64,000 nt of DNA from an uncultured Lachnospiraceae bacterium (GCA_964650965.1 CAZYYO010000004.1:6221-70220); one strand, 5' to 3'; shown: positions 21,260 through 31,305, counted from the first letter of the stretch. Made by a program: numbers and translations. Notes: generated from the letters alone by a model not told the origin.

Positions 21260-23830
21260 CTATTTATTCTTACCACAGCATTGCTTATACTTCAGTCCAC
21301 TTCCACAAGGACATGGTGAGTTAGGGTAAATCTTAGCTGCCGTACGCTTCTTAGGACCACTGGCTACCGAATCATCCTTATTGGTTCCTGTTACCTTGGC
21401 AACCTCTTCTCTCTCCACCTTCTTCTCAATACGAATATGATAAAGCATCTGTACTGTATCAGAACGAATGGCTTCATTCATGGCATCTAGCATATCATAG
21501 CTGGCTGCCTTGTATTCATCTAATGGATTACGCTGTCCGTATGCCTGCAGACCAATTCCCTGGCGAAGCTGATCCATATCGTCAATCTGATCCATCCACT
21601 TCTGGTCGATTACCCGAAGCAATACCACACGTTCTACCTCTCGAAAAGCTTCTGGCTCTGGGAATTCTGCTTCCTTCCTGTCATACAAAGCAAGGGCGCG
21701 TTCTTCTAGAATATCCTTCAGCTGACTGGTATTCTTCACCTGCTCAACGGTATTCACAGTCACCGGCTCCATAGGAATCACAGGAAGCAGCACCTGGTTA
21801 ATCTCATTTAAATCCCAATCTGCTGGATCCACTTCATCATTAAAGCACATGTCTACCACTTCATCTACCTTGCTGGTAATCATTTCCAGGATATTCTTCT
21901 TCATATCCTCGCCCTCTAGGACACGGCGTCTCTGCTGATAGATAATTTCTCTCTGCTCATTCATTACCTGATCATAATCTAACAGATTCTTACGAATTCC
22001 AAAGTTATTTCCTTCAATCTTCTTCTGTGCCTTCTCGATGGCATCACTAAGCATCTTATGCTGAATCTGTTCATTCTCAGGAACACCTAAGGAATTAAAC
22101 ATGGAAATCAGCTTCTCCGAACCGAAGAGGCGCATTAAATCATCCTCTAAGGAAATAAAGAACTGAGACTCACCTGGGTCTCCCTGACGACCGGCACGGC
22201 CTCGCAGCTGATTGTCAATACGTCTAGACTCATGGCGCTCTGTACCAATAATCTTCAAGCCGCCTGCTGCTACTGCCTCTTCGTCTAGCTTAATATCGGT
22301 ACCACGACCTGCCATGTTGGTTGCAATGGTAACTGCTCCATGGCGGCCTGCTTCTGCAACGATTTCTGCTTCCTTTTCATGGAACTTGGCATTTAACACA
22401 TTATGCTGAATTCCTTCCCGGTGAAGCAGCTTACTGATTTCTTCTGAAATATCAATGGTAATAGTACCAACCAGTACCGGCTGACCAATGGCATGAGCTG
22501 CTTTGACCTCTTCTACGACTGCATGATATTTCTCTTTCTTGGTCTTATATACTGCATCTTCATGATCCTTACGGGCAATGGGGCGGTTTGTAGGAATCTC
22601 CACTACGTCCATTCCGTAAATATCACGGAATTCCTGCTCCTCTGTAAGGGCAGTACCAGTCATACCTGATTTCTTCTCATATTTATTAAAGAAGTTCTGG
22701 AAGGTGATGGTTGCCAAAGTCTTACTTTCTCTCTTTACCTTCACATGTTCCTTAGCCTCAATTGCCTGATGAAGTCCATCGGAATATCTTCTTCCCGGCA
22801 TCAGTCGTCCTGTAAATTCATCTACAATCATAACCTGATCATCTTTTACCACATAATCCTGATCACGGAACATAAGATTATGTGCCCTTAATGCCAGAAT
22901 AATGTTATGCTGAATCTCCAGATTCTCTGGATCTGCCAGATTTTCAATCTTAAAGAAGCTTTCAACCTTCTCAACACCCTGCTGGGTCAGGTTCACTACC
23001 TTATCCTTCTCATTTACAATAAAGTCTCCGGTCTCTTCCCGTTCTACTCCCATAATGGCATCCATCTTGGAGAATTCCGGCATATCCTCACCACGGGTCA
23101 TCTGCTGGGCAAGCAAATCACAGGCTTCATATAATCTGGTAGACTTACCGCTTTGTCCGGAAATAATCAATGGTGTTCTTGCCTCATCAATTAATACAGA
23201 ATCCACCTCATCTACAATGGCATAATGCAGTCCACGCTGAACCAGCTGTTTCTCATATACCACCATGTTATCTCGCAGGTAATCAAATCCCAATTCATTA
23301 TTGGTAATATAGGTAATATCACACTGGTATGCTTCCCGGCGTTCATCCTTGTCCATATCGTTTAGCACTACACCTACCGTAAGTCCCAGGAACTGATGCA
23401 CTGCTCCCATCCATTCGGAATCTCGCTTAGCCAGGTAATCATTAACGGTTACAATGTGTACACCCTTCCCTTCTAATGCATTTAAATATGCCGGCAGGGT
23501 AGACACCAGGGTCTTTCCTTCTCCAGTCTTCATCTCAGCAATTCGTCCCTGATGAAGGATAATGCCACCGATTAACTGCACTCTATAATGTTCCATACCC
23601 AACACACGCTTGGCAGCCTCCCGTACCACTGCATATGCCTCCGGAAGGATATCATCCAAGGTCTCCCCCGCATCTAACCGACCTTTAAATTGTGTGGTCT
23701 TGTCCTTCAGTTCCTCATCGGTCAGCTTCTGCATCTCAGGCTGAAGTGCTTCGATTTTATCTACAATTGGATATATTCTTTTCAGTTCTCTTTCGCTGTG
23801 AGTTCCAAAAATCTTAGTTATAACACTCAT
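21260..23830 (-). CDS. secA: preprotein translocase ATPase SecA
   Basis: MKTGEGKT Walker [20 protein letters not shown], and a C-terminal zinc motif [14 protein letters not shown]. Start trimmed to MSVITKIFG. Confidence 0.97.
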   Translation of the reverse strand: MSVITKIFGTHSERELKRIYPIVDKIEALQPEMQKLTDEELKDKTTQFKGRLDAGETLDDILPEAYAVVREAAKRVLGMEHYRVQLIGGIILHQGRIAEMKTGEGKTLVSTLPAYLNALEGKGVHIVTVNDYLAKRDSEWMGAVHQFLGLTVGVVLNDMDKDERREAYQCDITYITNNELGFDYLRDNMVVYEKQLVQRGLHYAIVDEVDSVLIDEARTPLIISGQSGKSTRLYEACDLLAQQMTRGEDMPEFSKMDAIMGVEREETGDFIVNEKDKVVNLTQQGVEKVESFFKIENLADPENLEIQHNIILALRAHNLMFRDQDYVVKDDQVMIVDEFTGRLMPGRRYSDGLHQAIEAKEHVKVKRESKTLATITFQNFFNKYEKKSGMTGTALTEEQEFRDIYGMDVVEIPTNRPIARKDHEDAVYKTKKEKYHAVVEEVKAAHAIGQPVLVGTITIDISEEISKLLHREGIQHNVLNAKFHEKEAEIVAEAGRHGAVTIATNMAGRGTDIKLDEEAVAAGGLKIIGTERHESRRIDNQLRGRAGRQGDPGESQFFISLEDDLMRLFGSEKLISMFNSLGVPENEQIQHKMLSDAIEKAQKKIEGNNFGIRKNLLDYDQVMNEQREIIYQQRRRVLEGEDMKKNILEMITSKVDEVVDMCFNDEVDPADWDLNEINQVLLPVIPMEPVTVNTVEQVKNTSQLKDILEERALALYDRKEAEFPEPEAFREVERVVLLRVIDQKWMDQIDDMDQLRQGIGLQAYGQRNPLDEYKAASYDMLDAMNEAIRSDTVQMLYHIRIEKKVEREEVAKVTGTNKDDSVASGPKKRTAAKIYPNSPCPCGSGLKYKQCCGKNK

Positions 23831-23994
23831 ATGGTCTCCTTTTAATTTCACAGTTGATAATGCTCCCTAAATCTTCAATTTTATAACTGGAAGCTTCCCC
23901 TGTTTATTCACGTTACACAAAGTTTATTCTAACACTATTTTCCATATGAAACAACATGGAAGGTAGAAGGATTTTATTAATTTTTTATGAAGTG

Positions 23995-24067
23995 AATCCA
24001 CCAATTTCCAGGAAACCTGGTGGATTGTCCCTCAGCTCCTGCCCAGGATGCGGAGGGACAATCCACC
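23995..24067. promoter_or_regulatory. three-segment alternative-pairing element between the divergent secA and TIGR03905 promoters
   Basis: AATCCACCA (23995-24003) can pair with TGGTGGATT (24018-24026). Alternatively GGTGGATTGTCCCTC (24019-24033) can pair with GAGGGACAATCCACC (24053-24067), a 15-bp perfect stem. Confidence 0.4.
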
Positions 24068-24211
24068 CACTTTACCGAAAAATACAGTCTGGTATCAGCA
24101 GTAAAACAAAAAAGTTCAAGAATTATATACACCTTACTCCGCTTTCATGATATACTACGTTCTGAAATCCAATCGAGCTTTATATTTTATACTTTTAAGG
24201 AGGATCTATAA

Positions 24212-24469
24212 ATGACCTACACATACAAAACCCACGGAACCTGCTCCACCAAAATCGAATTGGAGTTAGATGGAGATATTGTTAGAAATGTAAAATTTAC
24301 CGGCGGCTGCAATGGTAATCTGCAAGCCATTCCTAAGCTGGTAGAAGGCATGACTGTTGCACAGGTAGAAGAGAAAATTGGTGGTATTTCCTGTAATGGA
24401 AGACCTACCTCCTGTGGAGATCAGCTAGCAAGAGCCTGCAGAGAGGCTTATGAAGCCAGCCAGAACTAA
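24212..24469 (+). CDS. TIGR03905-family TSCPD-domain small protein
   Basis: 85 aa with GTCS...GGCNGN...SCGDQLA, the cysteine pattern typical of this family. Strong RBS AAGGAGG. Confidence 0.75.
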   Translation: MTYTYKTHGTCSTKIELELDGDIVRNVKFTGGCNGNLQAIPKLVEGMTVAQVEEKIGGISCNGRPTSCGDQLARACREAYEASQN

Positions 24470-24539
24470 GCAGGTTCTTTTTGTCATAGGATAACGAAAG
24501 CCCACATATACTTATTCATAAAACATTTTAGGAGGTTAT

Positions 24540-26396
24540 ATGAGTAGTATTGCGGGTTTTTTTCATCCTTTTTTCGATTTTACTGCAGATCACAAGAAAA
24601 CCACTCAGGTTGCGGAAGCCATGTGCGACGCTTTATCCCGCAGAGGACCCAACCATTCTTATCATATGATTACCAGCTGTGGTGCTATATTACATACATC
24701 TTTGGATATTTCTCCCAAGGCCCAGCTTCCACAGCCCCAGCACGGTCCAGGAAATCTTAAATGCCTTAGTCTGGCTATGGACGGTAACATTTACAATATG
24801 ACAGAGTTAAGAAGCCGTCTGCTTTCCAGAAATATTTCTGCACGAGAGTTAAATGACTGTGAAATATTAATTTATCTTTTTTATCTATATGGTGTTAAAT
24901 TTGTGCAGTTGCTGCGGGGCAGCTTTGCCATCTGCCTGTTGGACGAATTTCATCATCGACTGTATCTCTTCCGGGATCCTTTGGGTATTAAGCCCCTCTT
25001 CTTTCATATGAAGGAAGGCACTATGGTATTTGCATCTGAATTAAAAGGAATTTTTGCATATCCAGGTGTAACAGCCAGATTAGACCTGCGCGGATTGAAT
25101 GAAGTCTTTTCTCTTGGTCCTGCCCGCACCTGTGGATGTGGGGTCTATAAGGATATTCTGGAGGTAAAGCCAGGCCATATCTTAACCTACTCCAAGGAAG
25201 GCTATCAGGACACAATATTCTGGAAGCTGGAAAGCCGCGTTCATCAGGAATCCTATGAAGATACCCTAGAGCATTTATCTTTTCTTCTCAAGGACTCTGT
25301 AAAACGTCAGGTTGACCCTGAGGCCTATAACTGCTGCATGCTTTCCGGAGGACTAGATTCCTCCCTTATTTCTGCTATGGTAAATGAGGAATTAAAGGCA
25401 CAGGGCATCGGTCCACTGCGAACGATTTCCTTTGATTTTACTGACAGTCGTAAATATTTTCAGGCAAATGATTTTCAGCCTTCCTTAGACCGTCCCTTTG
25501 TATCTGCCATGGCAGAGCATCTAGCCTCTGAGCACGTATCTCTGGAATGCACCAGTGAAGATCAGACCGCCTTACTGTATCAATCTGTAAATGCTCATGA
25601 TCTGCCCTGTATGGCAGATATTTCCTCCTCCCTTTTACATTTTTGCGGCAAGACAGCCGCCTATGGCAAGGTGGCTTTTACCGGAGAATGTGCGGATGAG
25701 ATATTCTGCGGCTATCCATGGTATCACAAAGCCTCTATGAGTAGCCTAAGCACCTTCCCATGGACCAGCGATCTTCATCCTAGAAGATTGCTGCTAAAGG
25801 AAGATTTTCTATCTCAATTAAAAATGGAGGAATACGTATCAGAGTCTTATCATGCATCTCTAAAACAGGTTTCCTTGCTTCCCGGGGAATCCAGTGAAAT
25901 GCAGGCGCATCGCCAATTATTTGTTCTTACTACCACCTGGTTTATGGGGACTTTGCTAGAGCGAATGGATCGGGCCGCCTCCTACTGTGGCATCTGTGCA
26001 AGGCTTCCCTTCGCCGATATTTTGCTCATTGAATATTTGTATAACGTTCCCTGGGAAATGAAATCGAAGCACGGAGAGGTGAAACATCTTTTGCGGGAAA
26101 TTGCAAAGCCCTATCTCCCTGAAACTATCATTCAAAGGAAGAAAAGCCCTTATCCCAAAAATTACAATCCTGCCTACGAGCAGCTATTGATTCGCAGCTT
26201 TAAAAGTGTACTGGCAGACAAAAACAGCCCCATTCTGCAATTCATTGATCCTGGGAAGGTTCTTGATTTCTGCGAGCAAAAGAAGGATTACGCTAAACCC
26301 TGGTTTGGACAGTTGATGGCTGGCCCTCAGCTATTGGCATACTATCTGCAGATTAACTACTGGTTAAAAAAATACAATATTCATGTAGAGCTTTAA
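24540..26396 (+). CDS. asparagine synthase-like protein (AsnB family) lacking the N-terminal Cys nucleophile
   Basis: Synthetase PP-loop SGGLDSS is present. The N-terminus reads MSSIAGFF instead of the usual MC(G/S)IAG. Strong RBS AGGAGG lies 5 nt upstream of the ATG. Confidence 0.82.
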   Translation: MSSIAGFFHPFFDFTADHKKTTQVAEAMCDALSRRGPNHSYHMITSCGAILHTSLDISPKAQLPQPQHGPGNLKCLSLAMDGNIYNMTELRSRLLSRNISARELNDCEILIYLFYLYGVKFVQLLRGSFAICLLDEFHHRLYLFRDPLGIKPLFFHMKEGTMVFASELKGIFAYPGVTARLDLRGLNEVFSLGPARTCGCGVYKDILEVKPGHILTYSKEGYQDTIFWKLESRVHQESYEDTLEHLSFLLKDSVKRQVDPEAYNCCMLSGGLDSSLISAMVNEELKAQGIGPLRTISFDFTDSRKYFQANDFQPSLDRPFVSAMAEHLASEHVSLECTSEDQTALLYQSVNAHDLPCMADISSSLLHFCGKTAAYGKVAFTGECADEIFCGYPWYHKASMSSLSTFPWTSDLHPRRLLLKEDFLSQLKMEEYVSESYHASLKQVSLLPGESSEMQAHRQLFVLTTTWFMGTLLERMDRAASYCGICARLPFADILLIEYLYNVPWEMKSKHGEVKHLLREIAKPYLPETIIQRKKSPYPKNYNPAYEQLLIRSFKSVLADKNSPILQFIDPGKVLDFCEQKKDYAKPWFGQLMAGPQLLAYYLQINYWLKKYNIHVEL

Positions 26397-26397
26397 A

Positions 26398-26438
26398 AAT
26401 ATCCCGGCAGTGAATTTAAAATCATCTGCCGGGATATT
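26398..26438. terminator. bidirectional terminator between the asnB-like gene and dpaB
   Basis: A 13-bp stem, AATATCCCGGCAG / CTGCCGGGATATT. Confidence 0.7.
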
Positions 26439-26458
26439 TACGTATTTTTTGCTTGATA

Positions 26459-27037
26459 TTACTGAAGAATTGGCTGAATCTGTTTTCCTTCCACTGCCAT
26501 CTCAATGGTCTCTGGTATTAATTCTGTTCTTGCAATCATAGAGGTTGGTTTTGCCTTATAATTATCCTGTCCAAAGGGAACAAAATAGATATTTTTCATA
26601 TGAAGCAATGCACCAATATTTCGGAAATTAATTCCCAGCGCATCATTGGTGGATATTGAAATCACCAGTGGACCTCCGTTTCGCATATGTGCCTTAGCAG
26701 CCATCAATACCGGCGTATCAGAAATTCCAGCATGAAGCTTTGCCAGAGAATTCCCGGTACAGGGAGCAATCACCATAACATCCAGAAAATTATTTGGGCC
26801 AATAGGCTCTGCCTGACCAATGGTACGAATTCCCTCATTCATAGTAATATTTGTAACATCATTTATAAAATCCTGCGCCGAACCAAATCTGGTATCGCAG
26901 GTTAGTGTCTGATAAGAAAAGATTGGTATAATATTTGCGCCCATATCCACCAGACGCTTTAGTTCTTTCTTGATTTTATCGTGTGTACAAAAGGATCCTG
27001 TAATTCCAAATCCAATGGTGTACTTCGAAAAATCCAT
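26459..27037 (-). CDS. dpaB: dipicolinate synthase subunit B
   Basis: Flavoprotein-fold N-terminus IGFGITGSFCT. 192 aa, directly downstream of the dpaA-like gene. Confidence 0.82.
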   Translation of the reverse strand: MDFSKYTIGFGITGSFCTHDKIKKELKRLVDMGANIIPIFSYQTLTCDTRFGSAQDFINDVTNITMNEGIRTIGQAEPIGPNNFLDVMVIAPCTGNSLAKLHAGISDTPVLMAAKAHMRNGGPLVISISTNDALGINFRNIGALLHMKNIYFVPFGQDNYKAKPTSMIARTELIPETIEMAVEGKQIQPILQ

Positions 27038-27049
27038 GATATCCTCCTT

Positions 27050-27841
27050 TTAAAATGGCATTGCACGCAACAGTATCTCCCCACTTGTCTTGGGAGAATA
27101 TTTTCCTGGAAGTCCCAGCGCCAGTTGATATGGGACTCCTTTTTCTTTGCAATATGCGCCGTCACATCCGCCGGGAGCAGATGCAATATCCACAATGACT
27201 GCGTCTGGGCTTAGCCGATCAATGGCCTCTTTATCTACTACCCTAGCCGGCACTGTGTTAATGAGCCCATCTGCCTGTTCATAGGGAATATCTTCGTGAA
27301 AATCATAGGTTTCAAATCCAAAAAAGCCCGCCAGATTTCTTACCTCATCCCTTCTGGCTACCACTGTCACCCTTGCTCCTAGACAATACAGCTTCTCAGC
27401 AATTATTTTTCCACATTTTCCAAAGCCTAAAAGAATGATACTGGCACCTTCCACATTAATCGGCATCATTTTCATCAGTGTGGCAATGCAGCCCTCTCCT
27501 GTAGCAATGGCATTTTCTGCTGCAACCTGAGAATCTTGAAGTACATCAACAACTTCTACCTGAAGTGCCTTTAACCGGTCTGTGAGCTCCTGGGAAAAAA
27601 CACCACCATAACAGCACCGAACCCGGCTTCCTTTTAACCCATCTAGGAAATAATCCATATGCTCCATACGACTTACCGGCACTGGCAGAATAAGCTGTGG
27701 GCACTGGAAAATTTGATCAGCAATTTCTTCCTCCCGCTGGTCCCATAGCATTACCTGGTATCCTTTTTCTCTAAGCATCCGTGTCATATATATCTGTCGC
27801 ATGTCGCATGCGATAATCCCGATTCCTTCCCCCTGGTCCAT
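27050..27841 (-). CDS. dpaA: dipicolinate synthase subunit A
   Basis: Dehydrogenase-like Rossmann motif LGFGKCGK. Paired with dpaB. Start trimmed to MDQGEG after AGGAGG. Confidence 0.78.
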   Translation of the reverse strand: MDQGEGIGIIACDMRQIYMTRMLREKGYQVMLWDQREEEIADQIFQCPQLILPVPVSRMEHMDYFLDGLKGSRVRCCYGGVFSQELTDRLKALQVEVVDVLQDSQVAAENAIATGEGCIATLMKMMPINVEGASIILLGFGKCGKIIAEKLYCLGARVTVVARRDEVRNLAGFFGFETYDFHEDIPYEQADGLINTVPARVVDKEAIDRLSPDAVIVDIASAPGGCDGAYCKEKGVPYQLALGLPGKYSPKTSGEILLRAMPF

Positions 27842-28037
27842 AGTTCTAGCCTCCTGAATCTTCTTGCACAATCTATATTTCTATTATATGCAGGCAATGA
27901 GGTTTGTGATTGTTGCTTCTATCCTATTATTTTTCAAAATGCAACATGGAATGCCTGTATAATTATCTGACTATTTACTACTATATTAAGCGAAAATAGT
28001 TATTTTGAACTTTTTTAAATTATTTTCAATTTTATTA

Positions 28038-28066
28038 TTGACAAATCTATATTTGTGAGATATTAT
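28038..28066 (+). promoter_or_regulatory. near-consensus sigma-A-type promoter with no downstream same-strand gene
   Basis: TTGACA (28038-28043), a 17-nt spacer, and TATTAT (28061-28066). Confidence 0.55.
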
Positions 28067-28072
28067 GTAGTT

Positions 28073-28489
28073 ACAAAGAAACAAGAAAACAGTTTTTTCC
28101 CTCAAATCGGAAGTGAGGGAACGATGAAATCTAAGAAAAGGAGGTACAGACCACCAGAAGCGTAAGAGAAGTAAAGAAGTATAAGGAAATTGTTATCGGA
28201 TGTATATCATTGAAATAACAGAATCCACGAATTTTATGCAAGCCTTAAACCTATTATAAGATTGAAAAGTTTTTAAGGAAATCTTGAAGATTTATGAATT
28301 TTGAGAATTCAAAGAAGGAACATCCAGATAACCAAAAAGTACCAAAGTACCTGTCGATAGTAAGTTATAGATAGATGATAAGTTATTCATTGATACGGAA
28401 CAAAGAAAGGTATAAGAAAGAGAGGATAGTCCATTGGATGATATCGTTTAAAAGGGGACATGTGTCGAAGTCGAACATGTCCCCTTTTT
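28073..28489 (+). ncRNA. orphan promoter-to-terminator unit: candidate ncRNA or small-peptide mRNA
   Basis: About 415 nt, purine-rich, with no ORF of 60 aa or more. Contains the hairpin TTCCCTCA-9 nt-TGAGGGAA (28097-28121) and ends at the 28452-28489 terminator. Confidence 0.35.
28452..28489. terminator. bidirectional intrinsic terminator
   Basis: AAGGGGACATGT...ACATGTCCCCTT stem flanked by A4 and T5. Lies just downstream of the minus-strand gene ending at 28506 and closes the plus-strand orphan unit. Confidence 0.75.
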
Positions 28490-28505
28490 CATGTGCATTT
28501 TTATA

Positions 28506-29681
28506 TCACTTCACATGAGAGGTTGCCTTTGCAATGACATTTAACAATTTTCTTCCATGGGCTTCCCAGCTATATTCTTTCTCATAATATTCAAATGCTC
28601 GCTCTGCCATGGTTTCCTGCTCCTCCAACGTCATATGCAGCATTTCTTCCAAGGCATCTGCTAACTGTTCTCCATTTCCCTGAGTATAATAGCGAATAGT
28701 TTCTCCATCTTGCAACAATGTATCCGCCTTTGGGGATGCATTGGTAATACACAGTGTACCATTTGCCATTGCTGTTGTAACCCGGTCATGAATGCCCTGA
28801 TGAAAGAAGGGATTGATATCAATAAGAATCCTGCTGTCTGCAATGACTTCAAAGCTTCGGGCAATCGTTGTAGGCGGCAGTATACAAACATTTGCATACC
28901 CTGCTAAGGCACTGTTCTCCCAGCCCTCTCCCAGAATGGTAAGAGGAATCCCCCGTTTTGCTACTGTCAGAAGTAATTGATTTCTTCGGTAATTCCGTAC
29001 ATATTTATCCACCGGATACAGGCGGTTCATAAATTCTGGAAAGGAATATGTGCTCTCCTTGTCCCCCATGATTTGTCTCACTGCATCTTCCATAGCAATA
29101 TCATTCTGCAACATGATAGGAATTATCTTCTGTCCCATAACGGACACTTCTTCTCCCATATGCTGTAGCATAGGAAGAAAGCGATTTTCATCCTCATAGG
29201 TTCCACTAAATAATACAGGATATTTGCGTTCTGAGAATTTCTTCTGATTCCATGCCCTGGTTCCTGCAATGGTCAGATATGATACGGATTGCAAATGAGG
29301 ATAATAAGTACGCATATAAGCGCAATGTTTTTGGTCGATACCAATGGCATGGTAATTCTTCAACGGAAATTGCAGCCCTGGATGATGATACAAGGGATGA
29401 TCTAGTATGTAATTAAAAAAAGGTGCATCTATCTTATCTAATAGATAATCACCTTTTTCCTCTAACACCAAATAAGGGAGTTTGGAATTAACATCCAAAA
29501 CCCCATCATAGTGTCTTCCAACATAGTTCTCTAAAATATCAAAATGCTCCTTGTCTCCTGCTAATGACAGCTTGGTTACCTTTGCACCCAAGCCTTCCAA
29601 GCTTTCCTGCATTCGATCCAGAAAAAATCCTCCGGAGAAATAACACAGTTCTCTGGTATGTATCATCAAGATTTCCTTCAT
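28506..29681 (-). CDS. CgeB-like glycosyltransferase family protein (paralog of 53338-54507)
   Basis: Shares the block APF(F/Y)..ILDHPLYHH...PLKNYH...YPH(L/I)QSV with the second copy. The C-terminal region resembles Glyco_trans_1_2/CgeB. Start set at MKEILMI by alignment with MKNILMF of the paralog. Confidence 0.62.
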   Translation of the reverse strand: MKEILMIHTRELCYFSGGFFLDRMQESLEGLGAKVTKLSLAGDKEHFDILENYVGRHYDGVLDVNSKLPYLVLEEKGDYLLDKIDAPFFNYILDHPLYHHPGLQFPLKNYHAIGIDQKHCAYMRTYYPHLQSVSYLTIAGTRAWNQKKFSERKYPVLFSGTYEDENRFLPMLQHMGEEVSVMGQKIIPIMLQNDIAMEDAVRQIMGDKESTYSFPEFMNRLYPVDKYVRNYRRNQLLLTVAKRGIPLTILGEGWENSALAGYANVCILPPTTIARSFEVIADSRILIDINPFFHQGIHDRVTTAMANGTLCITNASPKADTLLQDGETIRYYTQGNGEQLADALEEMLHMTLEEQETMAERAFEYYEKEYSWEAHGRKLLNVIAKATSHVK

Positions 29682-29728
29682 CCTTGTGTTGTGCTCCTTC
29701 TTTATGAAAGTCTCTGCCCTGCTGCATG

Positions 29729-30598
29729 CTAATATGATATCAGCTCTGCACCATCCTCGGTTACTAATACCTGATATTCCCATTGGGCTGACGGCATACC
29801 ATCTAAGGTGTATACTTCCCATTTATTTTCCTGGTCCGTGTATATCTTCTGTGTCCCCATATTTACCATAGGTTCTATGGTAAACATCATTCCTGGCACC
29901 ATCAGCATCTCTGTTCCACGCTTGGTATTATAGCTAACCCATGGGTCCTCATGGAACTCCAAGCCTACACCATGTCCACCAATTTCACGTACCACCGTGT
30001 ATCCATGCTCCGTGGCATGATCATGGATCACCTGACCAACATCACCTAAAAAGCCCCAGGGTTTTACTTCCTTGAACCCTAATTCCACGCACTCCTTGGT
30101 AACGTCTACTAATTTCTGTTTCTCAGGGCTTACATTTCCCATACAAAACATTCTAGAGGAGTCTGAGTAATATCCATCCAAAATAGTAGATACATCTACA
30201 TTAATAATGTCCCCATCCTCAAGTACTACCTGTTTGGATGGGAATCCATGGCATACCTGATCATTTACCGAAGTACACACGCTATAGGGGAACCCTTCAT
30301 AATTCAATGGTGCAGGGATTCCTCCCATCTTAGTGGTTAATTCATACACCATATCATCAATTTCCTTAGTATTCATTCCCACTTTAATATTGGCTTCAAT
30401 GTGGTCTAATACCGCAATATTGATTTTGGCACTTTCTTTGATTTTTTTAATCTGCTCTGGCGTCTTAATGATATCATGGTCCGGCACAATATGTCCTTCT
30501 AATGCATATTTTTCGATTTTTCTATCAAATGCTTCATGACACTGTTTATATTTTCTTCCGCTGTGGCACCAGCAAGGGTCATTTCTTCCTATTTTCAT
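29729..30598 (-). CDS. map: type I methionine aminopeptidase with an N-terminal SEC-C zinc motif
   Basis: RNDPCWCHSGRKYKQCH followed by M24 pita-bread fold blocks (DVSTILDGYYSD, HGVGLEFHE, FTIEP). Start trimmed to MKIGRND, 8 nt after the upstream stop. Confidence 0.9.
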   Translation of the reverse strand: MKIGRNDPCWCHSGRKYKQCHEAFDRKIEKYALEGHIVPDHDIIKTPEQIKKIKESAKINIAVLDHIEANIKVGMNTKEIDDMVYELTTKMGGIPAPLNYEGFPYSVCTSVNDQVCHGFPSKQVVLEDGDIINVDVSTILDGYYSDSSRMFCMGNVSPEKQKLVDVTKECVELGFKEVKPWGFLGDVGQVIHDHATEHGYTVVREIGGHGVGLEFHEDPWVSYNTKRGTEMLMVPGMMFTIEPMVNMGTQKIYTDQENKWEVYTLDGMPSAQWEYQVLVTEDGAELISY

Positions 30599-30606
30599 AT
30601 TCTTAT

Positions 30607-31302
30607 CTATTCCTCTTTCTGATCTGACTGACCATTTACGTAATTGGGTGCTCCATGTTCTAAAGTAATTCCACCCATCACAAGCCGATCCCATATTTTC
30701 TTATGTATCTTAACGGTATGCTCCTTTTCAAGAAGCTGCTCATAATAATAACCATCCCAACTATAGGATGCGCTTTCAGCTCCATTCTCGTCAGCAAGCT
30801 GCTCCTGATACTTCTGGGCATAAGCAATCTTCTTAATGGTACCATGAATCACTTCGTCCGATACTGGAATGGAGTCCTGCTGTTCGTCTAAAAGGTCCAT
30901 CCAGAAATCAGTAATTGCATTTTCCACCTGCACTTCTTCCTGGTGAGTAAGCTCTAGCTTTTTCTCTCTTGCAAGTTGGTAGAATATTTCATCATGCACG
31001 GCCATTTTCATTACCGTATTCTTGGCATCTGCCTGAATGAACACACCATTAACATGCAGATTCCAGTAATCTCTTGTATTATCTGGATTATAAATCATAG
31101 CCTGCTGTTCAATCTGCCCTTCCTCATATACAATGTAAAAGGCTAAATCCTGCAGCGTAAGCTCCCTTCCATCCACAGTAACTGCTGTCTCACCTAAATT
31201 CTCCTGATAATTCAGCGGCTGCCTGCTTTCATAGTGATAAAAGAATCCTAGGCCTACAAGAATGATTAATACTGCCAGAATTGCAATTTTTCGTATTTTC
31301 AT
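30607..31302 (-). CDS. membrane-anchored protein, unknown function
   Basis: 231 aa with one N-terminal TM helix and an acidic extracytoplasmic domain. Packed within 3-8 nt of its neighbours in the operon. Confidence 0.55.
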   Translation of the reverse strand: MKIRKIAILAVLIILVGLGFFYHYESRQPLNYQENLGETAVTVDGRELTLQDLAFYIVYEEGQIEQQAMIYNPDNTRDYWNLHVNGVFIQADAKNTVMKMAVHDEIFYQLAREKKLELTHQEEVQVENAITDFWMDLLDEQQDSIPVSDEVIHGTIKKIAYAQKYQEQLADENGAESASYSWDGYYYEQLLEKEHTVKIHKKIWDRLVMGGITLEHGAPNYVNGQSDQKEE

Positions 31303-31305
31303 ACT

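Noticed and set aside
28419-28436. GAGGATAGTCCAT resembles the RNase P RNA CR-I motif GAGGAAAGUCC, which raised the idea that 28073-28489 is rnpB.
   Set aside because: The motif sits at the 3' end, just before the terminator, rather than near the 5' end. I could find no P4 partner and none of the other conserved regions.
28073-28450. About 11 GGA motifs suggested a CsrA-sponge (CsrB/RsmZ-like) RNA in a flagellated Firmicute.
   Set aside because: Given the purine-rich, AT-rich composition, roughly 7-8 GGA are expected by chance. The motifs are not regularly placed in hairpin loops. I kept this only as an orphan transcript candidate.
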